Of a DNA stretch of 64,000 bases, positions 1-13,700 are shown in pieces. Location of the stretch: the NCBI GenBank assembly GCA_051294905.1, contig CM119376.1, positions 23,870,001 through 23,934,000 on the forward strand. Direction: 5' to 3'. The notes under the pieces are model-generated. The model had not been told where the DNA came from and did not search any database. It worked only from the letters and a program-made list of their open reading frames with translations. How positions within the stretch are numbered: position 1 is the first letter of the stretch; every line of letters starts with the position of its first letter. The stretch is from Botryllus schlosseri. Lineage: Eukaryota. The position numbers and the translations under genes were made by a program.

Positions 1-1139
1 CGTGATAGCGATCCATGTAATCCTTTGCGCACACATATCTACAGTGCATTCATCGGCAGGAGACAGATCACATCACTTTCAGGTATGTAAGCAGTAGGTT
101 GTTATTTTCGAATCCGTTACAAGTGAGAAAGCAAATTTCATTTATTGGAACCTCATTTTAAAAGCAGCGATCCGTCGAAACGCATTTAATAACTATTCAA
201 CTTTCGAAGGCATGCCTACAATACGACATGAAACAAAAATGTCAGACGAATGAAGGTCTCACTACATTCGCATCTGACCAAGGAATTGCGGAAAAGTGGC
301 TTGGGTGGAGCTGTGAAGATGATTGTCGGTAGGCACAATGAAAATCCTTACTCATAGCATCTCAATGCCGCACTGCATTGTTTCTTAGATACAACTGCAT
401 GTGGAAAACTGTCAAAGCATACCAGACACAAGGAAAAGATGTTCCACAATTCAACGGAAAGTGGCCATTTGTTCGATTCCTCGGCATCCAAGAGCCTGCT
501 TCGATGCTATTTTCTATTTTCAACGCATACACGCACGTGCTTGGCTTGCGGCTGTACATATCACAAATTAACTCCAGAAACCGTCTTTATTTTCCATCAC
601 TGATGTTTTCTGTCATGTCCATAAACGCCTGGCTCTGGTCAACCATATTTCACACCCGAGACTTTGATTTTACCGAAAAGATGGACTATTTCTCGGCTAC
701 AGCAGCCGTTTTCTACAGCATATATTATTGCACATTTCGAATGTCTCTTGGTATTTCGTGCCCAGATCCTAAGCGCGGTCGAAATATCCAAGTTCTCACC
801 GGAGTGATTCTTGGCGGTCTGTTTATAAGGCATGTTTCTTGTTTGGTTGAATTTTTTGATTACGGATACAATATGCTTGTTAATGTAGCAGCAGGGCTGC
901 TAAATGGGGTATTTTGGGTGATGTACCACATCTTGACGCGGAAACACTTTTCTCACCAATGGATGGCAACAACTGCAGTGTTATATACCGTCCTATTGTT
1001 AGGTTTAGAGCTTCTGGACTTTCCGCCCATATTTTGGGTGTTTGACGCTCACTCACTTTGGCATTTGGGGACTGTCGGGTTTGCTTTCTTATGGTATCCA
1101 TTCATGGTAGAGGAGAGCAAACTGTGTCGTTATGTTTAA
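1..1139 (+). CDS. PGAP3: Post-GPI attachment to proteins factor 3 (Per1 family), 5'-partial; exons <1-82, 210-328, 389-1139
   Basis: The spliced translation reads VIAIHVILCAHISTVHSSAGDRSHHFQ|ACLQYDMKQKC...WLGWSCEDDCR|YNCMW...VPQFNGKWPFVRFLGIQEPAS...FTEKMDYFSA...DFPPIFWVFDAHSLWHLGT. These are Per1/PGAP3 motifs. GT-AG introns at 83-209 and 329-388 keep the frame. Confidence 0.95.
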
Positions 1140-1700
1140 ACTGTACGTTTATCCTGCAGCAGCCTCATGTCACTTCGCAAATGCTATACTATGCACTTTC
1201 TATTTCAAACGTTTAACCTTGGTGTCTTGCATAATATTCAATTGGCTTTTTTAATATTGTAATTGCATATTGCTTTTTCTAGCTGTCACAATTGAGCAGA
1301 TTTGAATTTTGTGATGCACTTTTACACTCCACTTGATTAGGTAAATGGTTTCAGACAGATTTTGTTCAATTAGCATTTTGCTGTGCCGTAGGTTTTGGAA
1401 CATTTCATATAGAGCCTACATGGTTACTGACGACCTGAGTTCTAACATATTCATCTTTTCGCTGGCAATTTGTAGGGTTGGCCCTGATTAATTTCATTTC
1501 TTTCGTGAGGCTGAGCTGCTTTCATTTCCTAGCATTTTCTGAAAAGTGTGATTAAGCCATCTTTTGCAATTGATGTAGTTTTGGCCCAATGTAATCACTA
1601 TATAGAGTTTTAACATCAATTTGCACCTAGTGGCTGTTCTTCCTCGTCCAAATCAACTCTCAAGTCCTCAAAACAAGTTCTCAACTTGTACAGAGACAAA

Positions 1701-1740
1701 TTCAATAACCTCTGATATTATTCAATAACCTCTGATATTA
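1701..1740. repeat. Perfect 20-bp tandem duplication (TTCAATAACCTCTGATATTA x2)
   Basis: Seen directly, between the converging 3' ends of PGAP3 and ERO1. Confidence 0.9.
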
Positions 1741-2265
1741 GTTATTTTACTCATAAGTGCTATCGTCACGACAACAGCGAATAAAATAGTAACTTTCGAA
1801 GTTACAAATAGCCTAAGCCTACATACACGCTTGATAGAAGATAAACTTTTATTGAGCTCTGAAAGAAGAGAAAATTAACCACTCTGCATGACAGGCCACA
1901 ACATCCGAAAGCAACAAACACGGTTCACAAAATCTAAAGCAACAAACACGGTTCAAACTTAATGGGGCTGACATAAAATCATGTTCACAGATTGTAAAAT
2001 TACCATGTCGGCATATTGACCAAGTATTATATACCTGGAACAGATAAAATATATCTACTTCATTACATGCAAGCAAGTCTATATCGCAGCACCCTCTCGC
2101 ATACATTATTACAGAGAATCCAATCATTGCAAAACGTGCCAGTAGAAGCAGCTCGAAAAAATAAAGTTGAGCATCAAGTACGTCATGCATGGCGGCTGGG
2201 AGGTATGATTTTGTGTATATGTAGTATTGGTCATGAAAACGTTATGCATATAGAATTAATACACG

Positions 2266-5200
2266 CTACAATTCATCCGGTTTTGCGACGGGCCTTGTCT
2301 TCCTCTGATCATTTTCGAGTAGGAGATTTCGGAAGGTGTCAAGGTGCTTTATGCTGGCCGACAGTCTAAAATGAGATGACAGTATAAGTACAATTGACAC
2401 CTAGTAAGTAATCCTTCAAGCTTGTTCTAGACTTTTCCCATTGCCTAATATCTCACTCGAATCCAAGAATACATATCCTTTCTGCGCTACAATAACTGTC
2501 AAGCACCATACCTTCACCAATTACACAAACATTCGCAATACGCCTATTATACATCCTCTTACCTAACATCTCACGGAATACCTCAAGTGTCTTCATGCTG
2601 TAAGAAAGCCTGTTCAAAAGTGTAATATTGGCATTATCTGAAATAGCAAGCGTTTATGGGAAAAGGAGCGTTTTTCACTTTCTGACCATACCGTACAGAT
2701 AAGATTGGATCCAAAATAGAATATAAGAATCATTATGTGTGTCAATGCAATATTGCATTAGGATTGTTAAGATTTTACATCTAACGAGTGACACCTTGAT
2801 GCTGCTATACTTATCTTCTGCGACTGTCTTCAGGTCTCTAATCATACTGGACCAAGATGCCTTGACTTCGTTTGGTCTTATCAAATAGTGGAAAACCTAA
2901 CCTAGCAAATGAATTTATGAGAATTCATGATTACAAAGCCAAATTTTCTTACTTTGAAAATCCATTTATCAATGACACAACTTCCTGTCTTCTGAGACGA
3001 AACTTGCTAGTGTAGTTTCCAGAGCTGAATAATATCTTCAGGGCTGTACCGAGTCCTTGAGTCTGCACGGTAAGAGTATCAAATTTGAAACTGGCAGAAA
3101 CGGAGAAACGAGACTTGGCTGGCATGGGGTGGGGTAAATGAGCTTTCCGGGCTTGTTGTGACGAGGTCAAATTGTACCAATAGGCCACTTAGGTCCGGGA
3201 TGGATATGTTTAATTGCCTGGAAGTAGCCATCAATTTTCATTTGAACTATACTGGCGACCGAGTCATTGTGATATATTATTTAGAGCTAACTTCGGGGGA
3301 GTCATAATAAAGAGTCTTAATTTCAAATTTGTGGGGTTGATCGTGTCTCACAGTCTTCTAGTCGTAGATTTAGTTGATGATGATTGAAAAGTCTCCTAAA
3401 TGGATAGAAAAAGAGATGTTATAACTTTTATAGGGTCGCAGTTTCGAGTCGGAATTCCCTTCATGAAAGAGTCAGAAGCAGCCAGACTCAGCACTTGAGC
3501 TGACTGAGTTCTGAGTTGCAGTCGACTGGACGTCGCAATTTCAGATTCTATGTAGTCACAGCTCGATGTCGCAATTTCAGATTCTATGTAGTCACAGCTC
3601 GATGTCGCAATTTCAAATAGTACACTGCGATTTCCTGAGTGTCATATTTTGAATTAGAAGACGTTGATGTTGTATTTATACATCAATACAGATTTTATAC
3701 AAGAACAGAAAGCTAGGTTCAGTTGCTCATGTACAAAGCAAATCAGTACCTGCAGCTTCCCCCAAAGTCTACATTTTTCGCAGGTGACGCAGTCGATGAT
3801 CCTTGTGATATTTCGAAATCTCTCGCGGAACTCTCTCTTTAGCGAGACGGAATTTTTATCTTGGAAAAGTATTCCTTCGTCAAAGTGCATCGGAAACTCA
3901 CTGCAATGAAGGGAAGACATTGAACTAAAATCTGCAACATTCGTTTGTAACACGTAAACACTCACTTGGTAGCGGATAATAGATTTAGTAACATCTTCTT
4001 TGTCTTATAATCTTTCTTGGCATTGCCAGTATATAAAGAAATATTGTTGCTTTCAAAATAGGTAGCAACCTGGGCAAAAAAGAATTATCGATCAGTACCC
4101 AATAAAGGTTTTCAATGTTGCAAAAATCATATTAAAAATTAAGGTGCGTAAGCGCAAGTGGCCATCGTTCTTTCAAAACTGTATCTAACCTTCGATAGTG
4201 CTCTTAATTCAAGTAAATAAATGAAATATAGATTTTTCAGGTGTGAAGTTCCTTCGCCGTATTAAAAATTAAGGTGCGTAAGCGCAAGTGGCCATCGTTC
4301 TTCCAAAACTGTATCTAACCTTCGATAGTGCTCTTAATTCAAGTAAATAAATGAAATATAGATTTTTCAGGCGTGAAGTTCCTTCGCCGTCTGTTTTCAC
4401 AGGGTCGAAACGTCTCTGAAATTCTTGAAGATTCGGGCCCCAGTATTCTTCGCCCCACCCATCTGGACAGAAGAACACGTGAGAATGTAATCAATTATTC
4501 ATAAGATAATACCGACCTTTGAACAAATAGTCCGAACAAAGATGTATATTAATGCTGGAATGCAAGCCCGATATTACTCGGTAAAACACACGCTTTTCAA
4601 GGCACATTCCTGTGAATACAAAAAGTATCAGCTAATGAGTAATAGGTTTATATCAGAGAGTTTGGACATTGCAGTTCATACATGTCCGTTGCAGAAGAAA
4701 GCCAAATCCAAAATGTACACATAAAGCAATATTTTCTACCCACATTTTGCTATGCATAAACCCTCTAACACCAAGGCTCTATTACAGGGTATTTTCAGTA
4801 CCCAACGAGGTGACGATCAGCAGATGCGTCAGACAAACACAAGCTTTAGAATGCTGTCAACAGCAGGTGTGACACTGTAACAGGTGTATGATAGAAAAAT
4901 ATTTTACAATGAACTTCCCACAACTACGAATAAATATATTTCACATACCCGTTGCAAATTACAAACATTGCTGTTCAAAACAGTACACTTTTCAATTCAC
5001 AACAGTAGCCCAATTTGCTACAGTAGTTAACACTTTATTTGCCATTACTATCGTGTTTTCAATTCACAAATCCGGATTCATGAACACCCCCGCACGCACA
5101 TAATGATAGAAACCGAAATAATCGCGTCCGGGAATGTAGTTTCAATTACCTTGTAAGCTTGTACTTGATGAGACAGAGTCGAAGAATGAAGAGCGACTAC

Positions 5201-7521
5201 TCTCGTCAGCAGCTAAACACCAAAACACACATCTAAACTACATACTACACAGAGCAACATGATGAGAGGTCAATAGTGGGGATTAAACGAAGTCAAAAAG
5301 GATCTCCAACAAGTCTCAAGTAATAAATTCACAGACGATGTGTTATAGCAGATGGACTTCATATCAATGCCATTATGACAACTGCCATTCAATTTACAAG
5401 CATGAGTATGAATGACTGGGTACCAATACATTTCCTGGTTTGTAGACCGGGAATATATAACACATCCGTTAAATGGGAACGTGCAGTAATAGCAGTTGCC
5501 CGCTTTACTGATTCAAGTGAATTGTACTTTGTAATTCAAGGACTATGGAGCAATGCATCTCATCACCACAACAACACCACTAACACTACTTTCTAGGCTA
5601 CTGATTCACCAATATCAATCACAACCAGCATACTAGGTTTAGAGTGACATGGTTTTGAAACAACACTAATACCAAGTCTCTTTTCAATTAAGGCACTATT
5701 TGCCGGTGTTACAATATCTTAATTTACAGGACTATGTACATGTGCAACAGTCTACACTTGAAGTATCAGTGATTTATAACATGACTCAAAACATGAAGTA
5801 CCAGTTGAAAGTTTAACAATAAAAAATTGATGCGACTTTAATCCGATTGGAAATATCTTTTCAATTTCACGTCAGCTGTGAAACGAATTTTCCCGTCATC
5901 CTTGAACCAAAATACATGTACAAACCTCTGTTAAAAGGATGGGTGTTGACAAAGGGACTCGGACGCTTTTTCGTCATCGATTCGGATCTAAATAGAAAGG
6001 CTCGCGATAAGGAGCATCCACTATCTAATACAAATAAACGCAATGAGACATAACAGATTGGGTAAACATACTACTTCTATCTTGTCATCATACGTCACGA
6101 ATCTTAACAAAATGATGTGGCTCTTATTGGCAACCAGGAAGTCTTACATGCAAAATACGGCAACGCATCGCAGCAACATAAATGGCTAGTAAACAACCTA
6201 TACAAAGTCGAGTTGTCATAGCAAAAATTTGTCAGCAACTGTTTGTGTAAAGACGCAAGCAGCCAGAAAAAAAGCTGGCTACATTCAAAAGGAGTATTTA
6301 CGGAAAACAGTTTTCTTCATAAATAGCCTTCCATATTCTCCACGCAAGCGGCCCCTGATACCCGGTGAATCTTTCAGGATTGTTGAGCAGATCCACATAA
6401 TTCAAATCGACCGAGTTGTCATCTGTAAGAAGTGATACAATTAAGCATGCGCCGTGTCATGGAACAAAAAAGAATCATGGTACCGTCCCAATCGCAAAAA
6501 TTGTCTTCAACATCGTCGTATCTGTCCCATTTATCCAAGGAGTCCAGGGTGATATTACTGTGAGCAAAAACATCAAAATCTAAATATTCGTGGAAGATTG
6601 AGTTGCTCTGCATATTCGTGAGGAAGTATCAGCGTGGCATACATCCGAGTCATGTAATTAGGCACTATGACAAACGACTAGAACTGAGTATAACACATTG
6701 CATGCAACAGACACAGGAAACATTGCAATAGTTCATTTTACGGATGTAAAGTGAACATAACTGAGCTTGGCTGTGTATAAACGGAATAACAGCGACACTT
6801 TGAAGCTTACTGCAAGGAAGCGTTTTCAAACTCGAATTACAGGATATCATGATTTCACGAACTGTTGACTAAATATCATAGCATAAGAAATGTATCACAG
6901 TAAAATATACGGATGCTTCACAATCAGAAGAAAAGTATACAAATTATTATTTCACATTGTGGTGTTCATTATCCATTATCCGTAACTAGAAACATTTTCA
7001 AAACTTGAAACCACACAATATTGTGTTGATGCATACCTGAGAGTACTGTTAACATATCCCAGTTCCTGTGATTGTTCGCAAGCAGTCAACGATTCATGAT
7101 ACTTGTTATAATTCCCGGCTCGCATTCCGATGGGCAATTCATGCTAAATAGACGAGTAATCAGGGATTTTTGTGTAATTCGACGATTGTAGCCTGAGTAA
7201 TCCCATTTTGATAAAGATGATAGGCAGACACGAGTGTTCATTATCTTTAATTACCTCGTCACATAGCTTGACACCACAGCTCTCAGATCCGCAAAGACCA
7301 ACATCACCGTTCCATAAGAAGCATGGCTTGAAAAGATTTACCTGAGAACAACAGCAATGGAAAAGAATGCCAGATCCTTCTCAATACAATCCAAATGTTA
7401 CCTTGTAGTAACGAAAAAAGTCTCTCTTCACCAATTTTGAAATCAATGGGAACACGGTCTTTGTGTTGAATTTCTCGAGGGTTTCAATGTCACACAAACA
7501 GTCGTCCACTAACCCCGAGAG
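2266..7521 (-). CDS. ERO1: ERO1-like ER oxidoreductin, multi-exon; signal-peptide exon not located
   Basis: Minus-strand exons translate to [19 protein letters not shown]...DFFRYYK (7402-7521), [118 protein letters not shown] (CxxCxxC active site) and [12 protein letters not shown]. All have GT-AG boundaries. Confidence 0.93.
3533..3616. repeat. 36-bp tandem repeat, about 2.3 copies, in an ERO1 intron
   Basis: The unit GTCGCAATTTCAGATTCTATGTAGTCACAGCTCGAT is repeated. Confidence 0.85.
4131..4390. repeat. 130-bp tandem duplication spanning an ERO1 exon 3' end and its splice donor
   Basis: 4131-4260 and 4261-4390 differ at only 2 positions that I could find. Confidence 0.9.
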
Positions 7522-7992
7522 CTGAAAAAGAGGATATACTCGTTGCTCAATAATGCAATCAAATTATAGTCATATCATAATTGCCTAGAGTGTATACGAA
7601 AACAACGCATGTAGCCTACATAATGTAACATAGAGTTATAGGAAACTTATAACACTCTTGTCCATTATACGAGTTTGAGAGGTAATATTACCATGACCAA
7701 CAACAGAAAGAATGAAAGCAGAATGTGTAATTACAATAGGCCAGGCGTACCCGACATTAACAGGAATATAACCTCGAGTCGAAATCTATGCCACGTGTCA
7801 TGATTTAATTACAACTCTCGACTATATCAATTAAATATATAAATAAATAAATATAATAAAGTATAGTTTGCATTATAGCCTACTCTGTACTTGCAATTCA
7901 TATCATATCATATAGAACATAAAATGGAGATGAGGAGCTAACATTGAACAACCATTTAACTCCCATATACAAGGCTAGAGTGATGTATAGAG

Positions 7993-8445
7993 CAGAATTG
8001 GATAAATTACATTAACTCAGGTTAATTACAATTACAATTGCTACCTTGCATGTTTCAATTACATTACAACTACTCTGTGCTAAAAATATCAAATTACAAG
8101 TACAATTACTGTTAAACATGTAATGGATTAATAAAAACCCGCAACACCAATATCAACATGAAGAACAATTTATTTTTACATTTATAAATTTTGACATGTT
8201 CACGGGAAACAGTTATTGGTGTCACGGTGAACATTGGTTGGTTGTCGATCGTAAAACGAAGAAGCACCATTATTTTATGTTGCGCTTGTCATGTCTCAAC
8301 AAAAATGTACTGAAATTAATTGTAATTTAGCAAAAAATTTATCAAATTACAATTACACAAAATAAAAATGCTTCAATTACAATTGCATGAAAAATGTAAT
8401 AAATTACATTCAGCTCAATTACAAATTACAATTGATCCAACTCTG
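7993..8445. mobile_element. hAT-type MITE with AATTAC-rich subterminal repeats
   Basis: Imperfect TIRs CAGAATTGGATAAATT / AATTGATCCAACTCTG; exact 8-bp TSD GTATAGAG at 7985-7992 and 8446-8453. Confidence 0.8.
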
Positions 8446-10745
8446 GTATAGAGTGACACATTTTTAATAGTGCCCGCTCTAAAACAACATCGCAGAAGCA
8501 TTACACTCTTACCTGGCAGAAGCATTTCTGCGGCCCGTACTCCTCTGAAACGTCCCAAAGTAAAGCAAAAGTCAGAACTGTGCAAACGGTGCAATACGCC
8601 ACTCTCCTGTACATTAGGCCTAGAGTGAGCCAATGCCTAGTGTATGACAAGCAGATTCACCACTTCATTGGATAATGATAGAGCTTGCAGAATGAGGCAA
8701 TTGCATGTGTGCGCTTGCTCCTGATGAAAACTATATCTAATAACAATATAAATGCTTTATCCAAAATTTTAACGTCTGTTAACACATTTTACAACTAATG
8801 CACATCGAACAGGATTATTAGACACAATTTTTATTTTCAGTACATATACTAAACTATACCAGGGCTGGGCATACATTTTAGGTGATGGGTCACATTTATG
8901 TATGCCCATCTTTTAGTGGGCCACATAAATTCAGTGGTTGCCAGTAACAAAGTACTTGTGTTTTTGTAAAGTAGTTTGGTTTACTTACACATCTTTAAGT
9001 AGTGCTTTCAATGTGTAAGAGTTTTTGTACTCAAACTGAATAATTTTGACCGAAGGCAATAGCCAATAGGCATATATTTATGTAGCCTAATATCTATATC
9101 CCTGCTTTTTTCCATTCTATAGATTTTGAGCAAGAAGTAGTGTGTTAAGATTTTCCATTTAGCGAGGCCAATCATCAGATCAACAAGGCGACGTAAGAAG
9201 AGATTAACAGAGCCTTATTTGGCTAAACTCATCTACACAAAATGACCTAACAAAGGCAATATTTTAGCAGTTGCTCCGGACATCATTTATAAACATTATC
9301 TTTTTTCATGAAAAAGGAAATAAGGTATACGAAACAGTGGCAACTGGCAGACCACTTGCAATTCAAAGCTTTTCATTGTTCATCATAAAGTAATCAAATA
9401 CCCGTCAAAAAGGCAGTAATCAAATACGTCAAAAAGGCAACAACAGTCAGCGTTCAATCATTATTTGTTTATTTATTATTCATAATTTCAATATATTTTA
9501 GCCCACTCCATGCCCTGTACTGGTGCCTACTACTGTACTACGGTCAGTGCCATTAATATATAGAACGCACAAAGATAACCACCGTTCCAAAACAATAAAT
9601 ACAAATTACTTCGTATACACGTATGGTATATGACTGAAGATTTACCGCATTTGTTCAATATTCTCGTTCATACTATCAGCCAGCTCGATAGACCGTACTT
9701 GGTCATTTCACTTGTTTCGAGATCCTCCTATCTGTTCGACACATGGAATTGCAATGCTTATTGTGAGCTGATGAAAATAATAGAGAAACGGGTCATTATT
9801 ATTATGAGCAACGAGCATGCATCCTTCCTTACTCAATCTACTCAACGCTGAACCCTGACGTATATTTTTAAAGTACCTGAGGCGTGACATATAAACTGGC
9901 GATATCGGCGGTGTCAACGATGTCAACATGTACTTTAGCTAACGTTGCTAGTTACGTTGTAAATTGCAATGCTTTGGTGGTGAAATCGATAATTATAATT
10001 CCCCGTGTCATTGCATAATGTCACAATATACTACCATAGCCATAGCTATGATACTACTGTCAGGATTTAGGGTGAAATTTGGCGCTGACTTGATTAGTGT
10101 TGGGTTACAAGTCTGAGGGCGAGATTACTACATTCCAATCGGACGACCAACGGCTATGACATGACTTCGCCTACCAGCACATGTACAATGTACGTACATT
10201 CATTCTCATTGTTTGTCCTTTTGATGCTATCTTCTGTTGCTTTTGAATGCAGTTCGCATGCCTCTCTTTACATGTTCTTTATTCGTAGTTGGTGGACAAG
10301 GAGGATTGGAAGACTTTTCAAGGTTGTTTCTACCCATTCCTTTCTCTTTTTACTTCGAAATCTTGTGGTGTTTTAAAATGACGAAAATTAATAATCGGAA
10401 CTCTCTCAGACCAGGGGATCAGGGGTTATGTTAGCGGAGGTGGATTTGAAGCAGAGAAGGAGTTCATTTCCAAGGTTTAGGCTTTATGGTTTAGGTTTGA
10501 GGCTGAGGGATACATGCAGATTGTACCGTTGATATATATATTAAAATACATACATTATCATTGTATGTATCTAGAGAGCGAACTGCGTAGTGGTATCTGC
10601 TCCTGTTCCGGACGAATAACCACAGCCTTTTTCGTATCGAAGACAACGGCATAAACAAAACACTGCAACTGGCATATAGCTCGGTTATATTATATTACGC
10701 TAGAATTTGAAAATTGACCGCGAGTTCGTCGATATTTCACCCAGA

Positions 10746-13700
10746 ATGTCAGAACGCAAGAAGCTGGATCCTTTTCAAAGTGAGCTTAGGCAAACAATTA
10801 AACAACGGAATCAACAAGGACTGAATCCTCAAATTGCAGAGGACACGGAATCAGAATATGATGATGATGATTATTCCGATGATGGTTTTGATGACGATTC
10901 AACTGAAGACGGTAATACTAAAATAACTGTAGATCATAATCAATTTGTAATTAAAGAAATTTATTTCATGATTCTCAGTGATTAGTATGGTAAAATCGGA
11001 AAAGTCACAGAGTCGAAATAAGAACGATCCTTATGGACTGAATTTGCCGTCCTTCCTCAAAGATGATGATGACGAAATTATCAGCAAGAGTGCAATGTTT
11101 CTTAAAGGCAGCAAAGAAGACAGACATGCCTATGATAAACTTCGGTATAAAACATAAAATAATCCACATGTTTATATAAACAAGTCAACATGTTACATTG
11201 TTATGTGATACAGCACAAGATCAATTGATAAGTCAAACAAGAATCCATTTAAATTGGACGATGAAGATGACAGTGATGAATATCCAGCTTCATTTGGTGA
11301 GATATAACATTGACTTGTTGTTATCACGCTATGCCTGAAAATACAAAGACTTGAGACCAGATAGAAATTCCGGACTTTTCATAGAAGTAAGAGCTGTAAA
11401 GGGTGGTATGGCATGCGCTGTACATGTAGCAAGCACTAGTCCACACAATAATAGAGTGGGTCTTAACTGGTGCACTACAAAAGCATATTGAATTGGAGCC
11501 ATATACAGAGTTGTTTAAAAAGTTTGGAATTTGAGAAAAATTTTGTTTTGTTTGCTTCATGCTGTTAACGATTATCATTAATGTGTGTGTGACATAATCG
11601 TGTCAAGTAAACAAACTCGCAAATGGCATGTCACAACCCATGGTTAACAATAACAGGCACAGATTACTGGGGACCACCGTTCTAATAGCACAAACTTGAG
11701 TGCTTGAAAAAATTGCTTAAGATTTTATTACGCATATCGTTGAAGGTATATGCTGCAGAAAATATTAATGTGGCACGAGGATTTTGAGAATTTCCTCTTT
11801 GAAATAACAGTGTTTGACTGCCTTGTGGATATAATCCTGTATCACTCAGCTATCACAAGTATCGCTAGTTACAAGACTGACAAATTCAAACTTATTGTAA
11901 TAGGATATTTGAAAAAATTTGAAAAGCCACCTACGCCGGCTAAACGTGCAAAAGAAAAGAAAAGTTTTGAAGAGGAATCATGGAAATATCCGGAAAAGAG
12001 AGTCACATCACCTATTCAATTCCAACGTACCCAGAGCCCTGTCGGTGGCCGCACCACACCTACCAGGACGAAAACTCCAGATAGAGGTGACACATTGATG
12101 CTCATTTCGTTTCACGCACCTAAGGTGTCAAACAGGTGTCCCTTGAGTCAAATGTGTACTGTCATATATTTTGAAAATCAGAAACATTAGGCGATCAAAA
12201 ACTACATCTATCTCTACTGCCAAATATACCGCCTCGAAATAGGAAATTCGCAACTTGACCACACACACATAAGATCATTATAATCAGCCGTTTCTATTAT
12301 TTGCGTCTGCACATGATACACAATGTACAATGCGATATACAAGACAAAATGTGATGTAATGAACGGATGGTCTAACATCCACCTTGCCAATCACGTCAAT
12401 CGATCATCAAAAACCAAACGTTTTGGTACTTTCTCCCCATATTTTAATCATACTGCAATGCTGTGAGATACGTTTGAGACAGATTCGAAATCGTTCTGCT
12501 GTCACGGTTGTGACCTAGGATAGATGTTGTCAAAGGTGCGTGGACATATGAGGGTATTGCATAATAGCCTGGTTACTTGAGCTTCCGACACTTAAGCATT
12601 TAGGTTTAAGTTAATGTTAATTTAGGCAAATGTCTGGGTTATTGTTATTAGGTTTCAGGTTTAGAGTAAGTTTTGGGGTTATAAAGTCACTGCTCAGCTG
12701 TAGTTATATATTTAGACACATCCGTTGCCAGGTAGGCTACTCCATCTACGTCCCAATATGTTTTGAATAAATCGCACGAGTCATGTTTAGAATCCGCCTT
12801 GATTTCCAGTTTACTGAAACGGTTCAGATTTACCGACTTTAAGAACCACTCCAAATTTATTCCAACTTCAACTTCTCGAACTAATGCAGATGATTCCATG
12901 AGACATTCGCAAAATCGAGTGACATCGCCTGTCCAGTTCGATCGCACAGGAAGCCCGATTAGGACAAAGACACCGGAACTGGGTAAGAACTGTTGGGCCA
13001 GTTACGACATTGTATCATAACCGAGTGACCAGCGACTTGGTTGAACAGAATAATAAAGAAAGCTTCTGTGGACTCTAATCTACATTCACCAAACAGCGTA
13101 AGATGTTTGAAAAAAATTCAACTAAATGATTTATGGTGCCGTACTTGCAGACTGGTTCAACCATAACATCCATCGTAAAAATACATATATTATAACTCAA
13201 AGACTTAATGTGCTTTTCATCAAGAGTTATCGGCACACTAAAGGGATTCAAGCAGATTCAAATGTGAGGCCAATATGACAAATTATGGCATAACGATCAC
13301 AATTACGGACCATGAAATTCAGGGTTGTAATGACTCGAGTCATTTTCTAAAAATACGGAAATGACTGGACTCGGGTCAATCTGTGTATTGACTCGACTCG
13401 GACTCGAGTCATAAGTCATATGACTCGAGACTCAGACGACCAAGACCAACATTTCATTGTAATTTCGAAGAATATTAAAGTAATCACACTACTGGGATCT
13501 CGTCTATTGGTACTTGAAAATGCGACCAGAAACTGCTAAAAGTGAGGAAAATTAGTATATTATAAATACGAACCATTGGATATGGTTTAAAAATACTTTA
13601 ACTGGAAACCGAGCTGTCAAAACAATGACTTGGACTCGGACTCGAGTCAAAATGCCATGACTCGGACTCGGCACTCTCCTCGCGGACTTGGACTCGGACT

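Noticed and set aside
1849-2190. 113-aa minus ORF with a hydrophobic stretch, as an independent gene
   Set aside because: There is no recognisable homology and it lies in the ERO1 3' region. I kept it only as a speculative continuation of ERO1 exon A.
7530-9930. Search for the ERO1 signal-peptide exon; ORFs 9630-9851 and 9708-9929
   Set aside because: I found no ATG-initiated signal peptide ending in a CFCx-like motif with a phase-0 donor. The ORFs have no recognisable similarity.
9944-9955. Possible X-box (GTTGCTAGTTAC) upstream of MAP9
   Set aside because: Only one good half-site, about 800 bp from the ATG, so it is too weak.
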